64,000 nucleotides of DNA from Fimicolochytrium jonesii (Eukaryota), in assembly GCF_025526975.1 (NCBI RefSeq), contig NW_026515668.1, positions 248,001 through 312,000 of the forward strand, in the 5' to 3' direction. The translations under genes were made by a program, and so were the position numbers. The notes beneath the pieces are model-generated. The model was not told the origin of the DNA, ran no database searches, and worked only from the letters and a program-made list of their open reading frames with translations. Positions 12,060 through 24,900 of this stretch are shown here, one piece after another. Each line of letters starts with the position of its first letter. The stretch's first letter is position 1.

Positions 12060-14702
12060 ATGTCCGTCATTATCTCCACCTTGAGGCACCCGGCCTCCTT
12101 GGCGTTGACTGCCGTGTTTTTGTCCTGGTGGCTTTATACAACCGTTAACTCGAACCGAACCACCCCAAGGGCTCCTTCAGAAACCCCCAAAGAAGTGGGA
12201 GAGGATATAGTTGAGAAGGAAAAGGTTGTGGTCAGTTCCGCTAAATTGGCAGCACAAGACGCTCGCAAGCGTCGTAAGCAGCGTAGAGACGAAAAGAAGG
12301 CAGCGGCGAAAGGTTGTTGCCAAACCGGCGAGGAAGAGAGCAATGGGACTGGCTGTTGCTCCACCGGCGGAGAGAAGGCAGATGCGGGCTGCTGCAAGAC
12401 AGCGCCCGCATCGGTCACCGAGACCCCGGCGGTCACACTTGCAGAGCTTGGTGAGGACACCGACGTGAAGAAGACGACGTTGAAGATCATTTACGGCACG
12501 CAGACTCGCACATCCCGTGCGCTATCCTATCGTCTCAAGGAGCTTGTCGAAGCTTCCATCCCCCTGATCAAAGATGTGCAAGTGATCAACATCGCCGACT
12601 ACGAAAACGAGGATCTGTTGACCGAAAAGTCGCCCGTCGTCTTTTTCTTGTCCACGTACACAGAAGGCACGCCGACAGAAGATTGCTCGTGGTTTTATCA
12701 GTGGCTGGAGGACGTGCGGTATGACCACAGAGTCAACAAGCAGTGCATGAAGGGATTGAAGTTTGCGGTGTTTGGATTGGGCGATTCGGTTTACACCGAC
12801 CATTATTGCACCGTTGCGAAGGTGGTGGACAAGTATATCGGAGAGCTGGGCGGACGCAGGATGGCCCCTTTGGCGTTCGGGGACAAGAGCGATGACACAG
12901 AAGCGCAGTTTCTCAAATGGACAACACTATATCTGAGCCGGTTGTTGGGCGTGGCTAATCATCTGTCCGTCGCAGATGAAATGGAGTTTGCGGACGCTGA
13001 TGTCTCTGGGGACGAAGAGGACGAGGAGGAGAGTGCCGATGAGGAGGATGGTGACGCTGCTGCTGGCGGCAGCGGTGACGAACTCATGGATCTGGAGGAT
13101 ATGGGCGCGATGGCGTCCAAGATCAAAGATGCGAAAACCAGAAAAGCAGACGAGGAATCTGCTTTCAAGGCCTCCAAAGGCTTCAAAGGCTCCAAAGGCA
13201 CCGAAACCGAAGAAGTACGACCAGAAAGAGTCGCGAAGGAGATGGTTACCCCCATGTTGCGGAAATCCCTCGAGAAGCAGGGATATAAGATCGTCGGCAC
13301 TCACAGTGGTGTGAAGATCTGTCGCTGGACTAAAGCGATGTTGCGGGGTCGTGGCGGATGTTACAAACACACGTTCTACGGGATTGAGTCGCACAGGTGT
13401 ATGGAAACGACACCCTCCCTGGCCTGCGCCAATAAATGTGTCTTCTGCGTAAGTGTCACTCAGCTGTCTATCTGCTTATCAGCTCCTGTTCCGCATATTT
13501 ACTGATCCGGATCCGAATGACCTCGCTAGTGGCGTCAACACACCAATCCCGTTGGTACGGAATGGAGATGGAAGCAAGACGACGCGCTGGAGGTCGTAGA
13601 CGGAGCGATGGAAGGTCATTACAAGATGATCAAGCAACTGAAGGGTGTGCCCGGTGTCAAGGCGGACCGGTTCGAGGAGGCATTCACCATCAAACACTGT
13701 GCTTTGTCGCTGGTCGGTATGTATCAGACCCTTCACTTCGACGCCTGTACTTCTTTTGGGGAATATTCAAGGGACTGAACTCACCATGTTTGCGTTCTGT
13801 CACAGGCGAGCCAATTATGTACCCCCAAATCAACGAGTTCGTTCAGATTCTGCACTCCCGGAACATCAGCTCATTCTTGGTGACCAACGCTCAATTCCCT
13901 GGTGAGTGAACGTTGCATCAGAATTGGGCTCTTATAACCTCTGCTAACCATGATCTTTACTCCTTGGGCAGACGCCATCGATGCGCTAGTGCCGGTGACC
14001 CAACTTTATGTGTCCATCGATGCCGGTACCAAGGAAGATCTGAAGAAGATTGACCGCCCTCTGTTCAAAGACTACTGGGAGCGGTTCCTAGCCTGTCTTG
14101 ACGCACTTGGCAAAAAGGTAAACTCGGCTCTCACAATCGTCAGCCCTGTAAGGACTCCCTTCTAACCGTACAATCGAAAACTTCAGGGCCAACGCACAGT
14201 GTACCGCCTCACCCTCGTCAAAGACAAAAACGACACCACCATGGACGACTACGCCACCCTCATCGCCCGCGGCAACCCAGATTTCATCGAAGTCAAAGGC
14301 GTAACCTACTGTGGCTTTTCCGGCGCATCGCACCTGACCATGAAAAACGTGCCCTATCACCATGAAGTGCTGCAATTCTGCAAAAACCTCTGCGACAAGC
14401 TCGGCGACGACAAGTACGCTGTTGCGTGTGTTCATGAACACTCTTGCAGTGTCTTAATTGCCGACAAGACCCGCTATTACAAAGAGGGCGGGTGGTGGAC
14501 GTGGATTGATTATGATCGGTTCTTTGAGCTGGTTAGGGATGGCAAGGAGTTTACGAGCTTGGATTATATGCAGAGGACGCCCGACTGGGGTGTGGTCGGG
14601 AATGAGGCGGCCGGGTTTGATCCGGCGGAGACTAGGTTCCATAGAAAGAGTAAGAAGACTGCCATTGTGGAGGTTGCGCATGAGGAAACGGCGGGACGGT
14701 AG
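12060..14702 (+). CDS. TYW1: tRNA 4-demethylwyosine synthase (flavodoxin + radical SAM), multi-exon
   Basis: N-terminal TM segment, GCC repeats, flavodoxin motifs IIYGTQT and FGLGDSVY, HSGVKICRWTK, radical SAM CANKCVFC|WRHHTNPVG across an intron, FIEVKGVTYCG, HEHSCSVLIA. Confidence 0.97.
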
Positions 14703-14974
14703 TTGGCAGGGCGTAGGTTGAGGTGGTTTGTGGTTTGATCCACGCGTATGGCGACTGCGAGTGTTTTTCACAGATTCACGTGAAATGATGTATTTAACAT
14801 GATTTTGGATCACTCACTTCTTCATTATGAGTTTCTTCGAAGGAGAGTCCCCTTGCAGGTCTAGAGCTGGAGCCATACGCCAACATTCCAAAAGAGACCT
14901 ATACACCAAGTCTGAAATTGCGCGTGTATACAAACACACACACTAGCCAACACCTCAAATGCCGCCGCGGAACC

Positions 14975-16419
14975 TCATTCCGGACCCGACGAACTGTCAC
15001 TCCAACGTTGCTTCTTACTTTTTTTCTTCTTTTCTTTCTTCTTTTTCTTCCTTTCGCTGTCTACATCTCCACTTTTCGCCCTCTTGCGAGACCCGTAATC
15101 CGGATCCGCCCCATTCCCAACGCCCTGTGCAGATGAGGAAGCCGTAGCAGCGTAACTCGTTCTGCCACGGAATGATGGGTCGCTGACTGCCGACAACGAC
15201 TCGCGTTTTGGATCGTAGTCCAGTGGCTGGGGGAAACCGTCTTAAGCTCCGGCCTATCCTCCAAACAGTTAGCGGAGCTCCCGCAACATACCATCAAGAA
15301 CTCCCCCGCAGCCGCGCTCTCCTTCTCTCTCTCAATCTCAGCAACTTTCCGTTGGGTCATGCGGAGATAGGTGTTTGCGTTGGAATGACTCGGATCAAGC
15401 TCTAGTGCGCTTTTGAAGTCGGATACCGCGGATTTGTACTTCTCCTGCTTAGCGTATCTGGGACAAAGCGTCGGATGAGCGAAGGCAATGGCGGGATCTT
15501 GCAAAAAACCTGGCACTTACAGCGCGCCCCGAGCTACGTATGCCTCCACGCAGTCGGGATCATGCGATAGCGCAGTTTCGAATTTCCGTAATGCTCTGTC
15601 GAAATCAAGTTGGAGGAATGATTCTATTCCCTGCTTTACGCTGAGGAATTTTGGGCTTTTAGCGATGGCGTTCTGCAGAATCTGCGGAGTGATTCAAACA
15701 TACGTCGCAATCGCATAAACCTGCTCCTGTCGTGCTCTCAACGTGGTATATGTTTCAAAAGCCGCCCTGTCCCCTTTCAATTCTTCCGACCAGACTCCTC
15801 CCACCCAGCGCCTCGTCCGGCTATCCTGGTCCACTAGGAGACTTTGATGAATCTCGCCCGGATACTCATCGAAGAAATTGAGATAGGCGGATGGATTTTG
15901 GATGTCGATACGCCCTTCCTCAAGCGTTGGATTGGTGGATGTAAACCCTACAACGCCATCCTTGATTTCTTGGACGCCTTTGCGGAAGGCGGGCATGGCC
16001 ATAAGGCTTTGAATGTCGGCTTCTAATGCGGGGTCGGGATGTATCTCGGAAACTGGTGGATCCAAATAGCGAGGGCGTGGCGGCGGTAGTACACCGTAGC
16101 CTTCTGACTTTCGCCTTTTCAAGATGCAAGGTCAGCCGCTGGAACCAACAACGCTTGCCTGCCCGTAAACCAAGGTCATCTTCCCATACCTATCTGGATA
16201 TGCATCATAGTCGTCCCAGCCCTCCTGCGCCTCTTGTTCGCCGTGCCAGCTCTGCCTGGCATACCGTCTCGATCCGTTGTTTACCTGGTCGTTCCCGCTT
16301 TCACGAGACTGGTCCTGCCGCCTTTGCGTGGATTGCGCCAATTGAGAACGGAATTCGTGCTTGTCAAGAAAAGGTATGACATTTCCTATCCTTCCGTATG
16401 CCCATCCAGGAACGAACAT
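14975..16419 (-). CDS. TTC14: TTC14-like tetratricopeptide repeat protein (start uncertain)
   Basis: Spliced exons give YTTLRARQEQVYAIA-VKQGIESF..ALSHDPDCVEAYVARGALYAKQEKYKSAVSDFKSALELDPSHSNANTYL, resembling the TTC14 TPR region, plus a Lys/Ser-rich tail. Confidence 0.7.
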
Positions 16420-17925
16420 CGGACGCGAGCTATCTCACCTTTCCGCTCATGCTGTGTTGATCCTTTGTGCAGTGTCGAGCTTCCGTGGGTTCGCAAACCG
16501 TTATCCCTGTGGCCAACGACACTCTCCTTCTCGGCGGGACACTTTCCGTGCGTCGACCGGCACACCAATACAACTCTAAAAACTAGATACGATAGGCTAC
16601 GATGGTCCCAGGGCCGTTGATTCTTTATCTGGAGTTGTTCCGGGATGCAAATGTTCGTGCTATGTCTCTTGACCGCTGTTCTCTGACCGGCGCTGTTCCG
16701 CGCTGTCGCAGTCGCAAATTCAAGAGATTCACGCTGTCAAAAACCCTTCCATCATCCAGGGATAGCGATGGGATGGGCCTTCTCCAGCGTGAAAGAAGGT
16801 GAACCACACTGAAAACGCAAGTTGCGATCGCCGCCTCTACCGACTGAACACCAGTGGCTCAAGACAAGATGGGCAAAATTGCAATCCTTCCAGGCTATAT
16901 AGCACTGCTTGTCCTGTAGTCGTGGCAGGGCTTAAGGCAACGTTAGCGTCCGAGGCGATCTTTCGACCTACAAAATGCAGTCGCTTCAACAAGGCCTATC
17001 CCCGGTGAAGGACAGCGGACATTGGGTGAGTTTTCGGTTATACGCAATTCAATCTTCGCAGGTCACAGTCGGACTGATCGCACATTTTGCAGCATGCCTG
17101 AATCGATTAAGACCGCCTTTGGAAATGTTATGCCCGCACGTGTAGGATTCCTCTTAGGGCTCCTCTCCCAACGGAAGACTACCCGGAGCTACTGGAGAAG
17201 ATCTGGCCTTACTACAAGCAGCTGACCGGCTTTCCAGCAAAATTGACCATCTTTCCTCTGTGGGAGCTTCACATATCCAACGTGCACTTGCAGGCCGAGA
17301 TTTCGGATGGCAGCGGGGGCCGGGATTACATCGTGGCGGAGGTCACGACTTATCCGCAGATGTATTACATGCCGTCGTAGTCCTTTGAGGACTGCAATGG
17401 GGGCCGACTCTCTCCCTTTAGTAACCGGGCGGCCAGTAAGCGCAACTAGATGGAGACTTGTTTCTCCTCTCGCACGAAGACGGACGGCAAGACCTCTGGG
17501 TACCCAAGACTCTGACACGATCGAAGCGTTTGAGGATCAGCGCGCGGACTACATAGAGCTAACAACGACGCACAACCAATGGTGGGCGGACATGCGGCGG
17601 GTGGGGATGCCAAGCATTCAATAATTGAAGCTGAGAGAGCTGAGCTTTGGGCACGACATACGTAATTTTCTGGAACCCTTAGATTTTCAGAGCGTATAAC
17701 CATAAGAGGAAGCCGCCGTATACTTCACTGCTTCCGCGTCAGCTACCGCCCGTCCTGTAGTACTGGGTCGTGTGCAGAGTTGCTCGCAAAGATCCTGGGT
17801 CGTTGGCTGCATTTGCATCCACGTGACAAGTCGATTTAATTCCCTCAACCCCGCCGCCAACCATAGCGCCAAGCGCACCACGAGTGGCAATTTCGTCTGC
17901 CGAAAACAGCCGCCCCATAGAAGCA

Positions 17926-18892
17926 ATGCCCTCCTCACTGGCAATCAGTGTCACTTACCTGCTGCTCTTGTTAAGTCTAGCCTCAGCAGTATCGGCCCAG
18001 ATATGGAAGGCAGGACATGCCACCCGATATGGTGAGATAGTCACTCTGTGTCTCTGGGGCGAACCGACTACTCTCTGACGCTTTCTCAATTGTCCCGAAT
18101 AGGCCCGTATGCGTCAAACCCAGCGGAGTCTGAGCAGGGATACTTGCCGAACGAAGTAGGGGTCGGGTGCTCGACGGGCATTGTCGGAAACGACCCTCGG
18201 TGGAACGCTATCGTCGCTGGCGGCACTTACACAAACCCCACGAACCCGAACACTGTATGGCCCAAACGCCCCACCGTGGCCGTGTCAGAGGCAGCTTACC
18301 CATCAAAATCGAGGATCTGCTATAAGACATTGAAAATTCGAGCGTCGGGTGTCAAAAACGCACCGATTATTGATGCGGATGTGGTGGATTTCTGTCCCGC
18401 AGCGAAGTGTAACTGGCCACGAAAGGAGCTGGCTTTCAACGTTGACGTGTACGGGGAATACACCTGGAAAGCGCTGGGCGGGAAGGACGGCGGCGGCAAG
18501 CTGAAGGTAGAAATTGCCTGGCCGGCGGATGTCACTCCGGCCCCTATACCGGACGGGATTGGAGCCCCCGAAACGCCTGTGACAGTTGACCCCACGGATG
18601 CACCGACTCAGCCGCTGGACGGTGAGTTTGTTCTTTCCAGGTGGACTTGAATGGAAAGTGAGAGCTGAGAAATCTCTGACCGGGTACTCGTCTTCCTTTT
18701 ACAGATGAGTCAGCGGAAGGAGGGTTGTCGAAGGGTGCGATAGCTGGCATCGTCATCTCGTGCGTGGCGGTCAGTCTGGCTTTCACTTTCTGGATGTGGG
18801 CGATTTTGCGGAAGAAACGACGTCCTCAGACCTCTCCCATGGGCGGACCGGCGGCAGCCAAGCCCACGGTGCCTCCTATGACTGGAGCATAG
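17926..18892 (+). CDS. Signal peptide + RlpA-like/expansin-like double-psi beta-barrel + P/T linker + C-terminal TM (type I membrane protein); 3 exons
   Basis: Signal MPSSLAISVTYLLLLLSLASAVSA; GHATRYG, TVAVS, ICYKTLKI, DVVDFCP, NVDV..WKALGG; last exon GLSKGAIAGIVISCVAVSLAFTFWMWAILRKKRR. Confidence 0.8.
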
Positions 18893-19150
18893 AGTAGAGA
18901 AGTTCATCAACTTTCGGGTGGACGTGAAGACCTCATGAACGGCGTAGCAGTGGGGGGCAACAGATAGCGCGGTCTTTTTGGCGTACATGTTTTGGCGGCG
19001 GCCCGTAGACTTAGCACAGCATCAGCATAGATTCTTTTTGCCCGAAATAGTACTGTATATCAATTGTAAATCACAAATCAACGACTACCATCTGTTCTCC
19101 TAGTTGTCAAGACGCTCTCCAAGTGTGCTATCTGAACTATGCCCTAACCT

Positions 19151-21402
19151 CTATGTTTTGATTGATGGTGAGCGAGATCCCACTTGCTTGGACCATAGAT
19201 ATAAGATGACACCGATGTAAACCGAATGGCTGTTAATCATCATGAAGTTAGCATTCGCCAGCGAAAACTTTCTAAAAACTCTTGTGCACTCACACTGCCG
19301 GCTCCCTCCTCAATTCCCTCCCCGCCCATCTCCCCCATAGCTTCGCCAATTTCCACGTCCGCCACAATGCCAACCGCACCAGAAACACCGCAAAAAACAG
19401 CGCCCGATTCCACGGCTCGCTGCTCTTCTCTGTCGCCTCTTTACTCGCAGTCGATATCCCGTACCGCACGTCATGGTACATCACCGCGACCGCGCGGGCC
19501 GCCGGTCGTATGCTGGACGTGAAGTAGTCAAACGACGTGCGCGCGTACCATAGCAGTGGTGCGTTGTCCGGTGCAGCGGCGAACGCGGCTGTGAGGGATG
19601 ATGAGTTGAGGCCTTGCTGGTGAGAAGTCTCCTCCTCGCTTGCGCTGCGGATCGCGGGAAGTATGTATCCCGGCGCGGTTGCGCCGACGGCGACGTGGTG
19701 CACGACGTCCCCGCCAGAGGGGGTGGGGAGGTCGTGGGCAGGGAGGTGGGACTGCACGTCTTCGCTGAATTGACCGGAGAGCATCATACGGAAGGTTTTG
19801 AAGTTTGTGCCCAGGGGCTTGTTGTTACTGTCCATTGAGCCTTTGAAGACTGTTGTGCCGAAGTCTTCTTCGTTCGTTTCCACCACTGATTCTGTCGACC
19901 CCTTCGTATCACCGCCGGTGAATACCATTGTGCCAGAGACGGGCTCGTCATTTGCCTCTGATGCATCGTCGTCGCGCTTGATGAAAGTGCCTTCGCTGCC
20001 CTCATCAAAGTTGCTCGTTTTCGTGATAACGGTGGACGTCGACTGCTCCTCACTCTCATCAGCACCCGCCCCAGGTCCCTTCTTCTTCTTGTTCTTCTTG
20101 CCCTTCTTCCCTTTCTTCGTCCCACCATTCTGCAGGGCTGCTGCCGTCGTCGCAGCCCCTGGCGTCCCTACGACCCCCGGGCTCGACGCAAGCTCCGGCG
20201 GTTTAATGCCTCGTTTGGCATCCATCGCCTCCCTCACTTTCATAATTAAGGGGATGCGCACGATCTTATTGTCTGCGGCAGACTTGCCGGCGTACGGTGC
20301 AACGAACGGGTGGGCCAGTAACTGTGTGGCCGTGAGTCGGGATTTCGGGTCCTTCGTCAGACATTTCGACAGAAAGTCGATGAATTCCGCAGAGAATCGG
20401 GTGGGGTCTTGTACGCTTGGCGGTGGGAGGTATGGGATTTTGAACATGGCGCGCATGGGGTGGAGCGTGTGTAATGGCGGAACGCCGTCGGCCATCTCGA
20501 TGGCTGTGATTCCGATCGACCATATGTCGGCTTCACATCCGTACCCGTCGCCAATAATGACTTCCGGACTTTGCAAAACACATATGTCAGTCTGTCATTT
20601 AAAGACCTTTGCCATCCTTGTTGTGATGCAGACGGGCCGTCTCACCTCATCCAGTATGGAGTTCCAACCACGGTCTTCCTCGCCCCGATCGCGACCGTCA
20701 ATCGTTCAGACACGCCAAAATCGGCAATCTTGACCTCCCCGTTGTCCGTCAGTAGAATATTCGCACACTTCAGATCCCGATGCACGACTCCCCGCCCATG
20801 CAAAAACTCCAACCCTTCCAGAGCCGACGCGAGTATGATCCCCAACTGCCGCTCGGTCATTGTACGCTCGGTCAGCTCCATGCAATCACTGACCGACCCA
20901 GCCGCGCAATAGTCGGTCAGGATCCACATAGCCTCGCCGACGGGTACGCAGCCATAGTATTGCAGACAGTTTCGGTGTGAGCATTGTTTCAGCAGATCGA
21001 TCTCTTTTTGGATATCGTCCCGCTGGCCGGGCTTTGCGGTCTGGATTTGCTTGACGGCGAGCACGAATCCGGATTCTTTGAGTAGGGCTTTGTAGACGGA
21101 GCCGAAAGCGCCTTCGCCGAGCTTTTCTTGGAGCTCAAAGAGCTCTTTCGGATCCTAAGAAATGTTGCGAGACGGAGTGAGGATTCGCATATACCGCACA
21201 GAGTATCCCACCGCTCCAGAACTCTCACCCCTTCACCACCAAACCAATTGAAATCCGCATCGACGTGCACCCGCTTGACAAAGTTCGATGGAGAACTGAT
21301 CCCTCGCAACAACGGCGACTTGACGGCGGCATCTTCTGCGTGGCCCACTAGCTTTTGGATCCAGTTTGGTGCTTGAGAAATTGATCCTCGTGTCTCGCGC
21401 AT
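19151..21402 (-). CDS. STE20-family (MST/Krs-like) Ser/Thr kinase with N-terminal CRIB motif and hydrophobic C-terminus; 4 exons
   Basis: ISSPSNFVKRVHV (CRIB), EKLGEGAFGSVYKA, AVKQI, HRDLKCANILL, DFG, GTPYWM|SPEVI, LHPMRAMFKIP. A terminal exon after a GTGAGT..AACAG intron reads VHSVYIGVILYLWSKQVGSRSPSIKT*. Confidence 0.9.
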
Positions 21403-21704
21403 GATGAAAGATGGCGAATGCAACTTGGGGGGAAAGGGTAGGGACAAAGCCGATATGTATGAAATGGAGCCGAAGGGGGAGACTCGGAACCCAAATTCCA
21501 CCAAGCGCCTGCCACTTCCTTTGACGAGCGCGAGCCCGTCAGTGACTCACCGTGCATTCAGAATTCATGACAAGAGGGTGGCATGAGATTTCTCGTCCGT
21601 TTTCGTTCCGAAAAAAGCATTGCTCGACAACCCCACCAACGCATCGCAGCCACCACTACTCCACTCACCCTATCATATATCACGTCCTACCGAAGCGAAG
21701 GGAG

Positions 21705-24700
21705 ATGGAAAGCACCGCGCAGTTGAGTGTCTCCACGTCCGATGTGTCGCAAGATGGCCCTCGAGATGGGAAGCGTTTGACGGCAAGGTCGTCTTCACTA
21801 TCGAGCAATAGCCCTATCATTCTGCATGGTATGTTGTACTCACAAGTACCTGACCAAGCTCAGCTCACTAACCGTTCGCCTGGACCGCTGACAGTGCTAT
21901 GTGTCGCCTTTCACCACAGGTCAGTCTTCCTCACATATCGGAGTTTCCATCCCGGCATCACTCATATTCCTTGTTTTGACTGTATCAGGAACGGGCCACA
22001 GGTCGAGTATGCGTACCCATCGTTTCCGCCATTGAAGGAGAAGCCACGCAAAACATCATCAAGGGAGGATGACTTAGCGATAGAACTGCCAGACGAGTGG
22101 TCCTTTTTGGTAGGTGGGAACCTGAGTTTCAGGGCGCGCGTGTACTTCGTTAACCAGCCTTTCGAAAGCCATTCTTATGCCTACCTGATGGCGCTCATGG
22201 TTAGTGAACACTTTACTCTTTCTGTAGTCCGTATGCTGTTGCTTACGTTATCTCTACCCCGACAGCTACCGATGAGGAGTTCATCTGTAGGTATCGATTG
22301 CCGTCTATGGAGGCAGGTGATGGACGGTAAAGCTCAGGCTCAACGCATATGCAGATTTCCATTTACCACCCGTGCCAGAGTGGCACAACTACCCGCAATC
22401 GACCCTATTCGGCCTGGCGTGTTATCGGCAAATCGCTGCAACGGTTCGTCAATTACGAAAAGGCACACGTCGCAGGCATAGGAGCTCATAGATTCATGCA
22501 GGAGCTGATAAACAAAACTTCGGATGTCACACGAAGCACAGTTCAGAAAGCCGTTGTTGTGATAGCTACACAACCAGTGTTAGGTACTATTCTTCCAGTC
22601 GAACGTGATGCGTGGCAGAGGTCTGACTTGACGCGCTATCAGGTTCGGTTCGGACGAAGCTTGGATTGGTTACCCAGGCATTCTTTGCGCAGAAGGACTT
22701 CTCCAAGCTGGAGATTCTGGAAGTAAGTTGATATATGAGAAGGGTGTGTAAACATAGTGTCAACGGGGCGTGCTAATGCTAGTCTTCACTAGACACTGTA
22801 CCAGAACCTCGTGTCATCGGTCACTGGGTTTATTCCCGACTCTGTGTTTTACATGGGTGAGTGACACGGTGTACCTCATTCCAACTGCTACGTTCAGAAT
22901 CTAACGGGCATCGCCGCAGGGATATCGCTGCGGGAGCTGATATTCAAGTTTCGGCAAAAAACGCTGGTATTATTCAAGTTGTTATTCTTAGAAAAGAGGG
23001 TAACTACTGTGCGTTTTGCGAGATAGCGCGTAGGGGAGGGAGGTCGCTTACTTTCTGCGCTGCCCAGATTTTGTTTTTTGGTCAAAAAGTGGAACGCCTT
23101 TCCGCATATCAATATAGCCTGATATCCCTGATACCAGGTAGAGCTTCTTTTCACACTTCATTTCTATCACCACATATCTCATCTCGTTTGCGCCCAGATT
23201 TGCTCAGAAATCTGCAGGATGCGGGTTCACCCAAGCTGGGGAATTCACCACCAGCATCCATGCCCGAGCCAGACGTCACAGCGAGTCGCGAGAGTTTGAA
23301 TGGAAGCCGGAGACTGAGGCAAATAGGGGCTCCACTGCCGATGTTTGGAGAGGTGGGTTTGGCGGAGAGTCATAGGACGTCAAGGGAGTGGCTCACCCGA
23401 TGGAATCTGCATTAGTGCGCCTTCTTTCAGCCATATATACCCCTCCAGCAAATGGACGTCCTAATGTCGCAGGACACGAAGGCGTTCATTGTTGGGACGA
23501 GCAACTCCATATTCCTGCATCACAAAACGTTAGCTGTCGACGTGATCGCAAATGTAAGGCAGCGTTGCGAGGCATGGGCGAAGTTCGTGGTTACTCAAAT
23601 GCGCGTAGGTGGACACAGGGGCAGTGGAAATCCTGAACCCAGCACTGAATTCGATACTGAACCTGACAAGGTAAGCCGGAGCTCAAATTACGGTAGTTCT
23701 CCGAAATTGGACTCATGCCCTGATCCCTCTTTGCAGTCCAGATAAAAAATTCATAGACGGTAGGTGGTGACCAGTCGCCGACTTAAGTACAAACATCCAG
23801 TTGATGAATGTACATCTGGTAGACATTACAAGAGTAGTCCTTGCAACTTATTCGCAAGAAGGTGAGATATTTTTGGCCTTGCACAGGGTCGATGTGAGTC
23901 AACGTCTCGACCGTCATCCGTTTCAGATGACATGTCCATGAGCCAACAACTGGAGTTCGAGGGAAGTGATGACGACATTCGATCGCGGTTTGAGATGTAC
24001 ATACTATCGATGCTGGCGTCGGTGCGGATATCTCAGACAGCGTCGATATCTGTGGATCCGAACGTCCGCGGTTGGTTTTCTTTGGAGCTTCGTCGGGCGT
24101 TATGGGCGACCCGGGAATTAACTGACAAACCGGATGTAGGCAAAGATTTCCTAGCGGATTACAATCCAGCATGGATCAAAGGGTGGCAGTCTACAATACA
24201 TTACAGCAAATGGCTGGCTGCTAATGGTGGAGATCTCCCAGATACAAGCGAGTAAGGCTTTTCTCATTGAGCCAGCACACCCAAATCCTTGCTTCTGACT
24301 CATCACTCATCATATCTTACACAGCATCAATCCAGCGCATCCATGCCAAGGAACGTCCGCGTTCGGAATCCTGCAAACATCTCTCGCGGCCCGCTTCTCG
24401 GACTTTGGACGGAGTCTGTCCCCAGTGCAGCACAACGTGTCCAAAGCGGTCGAGTCGTCGATAAGCAGAGCAGAGACGCAAATTAGCAAAGCTGTGGAGA
24501 TCGCTACTGATCCGGTTCAGCAGCAGAAACTGCAAGGTATGGGGAAATGCTGAATTCTGAACGGGTCAGTTTCACGGTGGACAACCAATGAGAGGAGCTC
24601 ACCCAACCCTCCAATTCTGGAATACTGTAGCTGGAGCATCACAGATCTTCAACAACGTCACCGGCTACATTGCGCAAAAGCGTAAAGACTGGGCAACAGG

Positions 24701-24900
24701 AAGTCCTTCGGTAAGTCAAATCCGTTACACGCTGACTCTTGCGGAAGGGAAATATTTGACGTAACCACACTGCTCTTCTGCACGTACAGGGCTCGTCAGG
24801 TAGAGTCACGCCGGAAGAGGGCGGGGAACAGAACTGGGAGGAAGTCGACATTAACGAAGGACCTTCAAACTCGAGTAAGCGCGGGTCGACAACAGGATAG
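21705..24900 (+). CDS. AVL9: Late secretory pathway protein Avl9 (DENN-related), roughly 20 introns
   Basis: Spliced motifs VAFHHR|NGPQVEYAYP, LPDEWSFL|PFLCLPDGAH, TLFGLACYRQI, DVTRSTVQKAVVV, FQPYIPLQQMD, FEGSDDDIRSRFEMY. Confidence 0.92.

Noticed and set aside
12310..12400. Three GCC (Gly-Cys-Cys) repeats in Tyw1 as a novel metal-binding motif
   Set aside because: Similar GCC repeats are already present in the yeast Tyw1 N-terminus, so this is not new.
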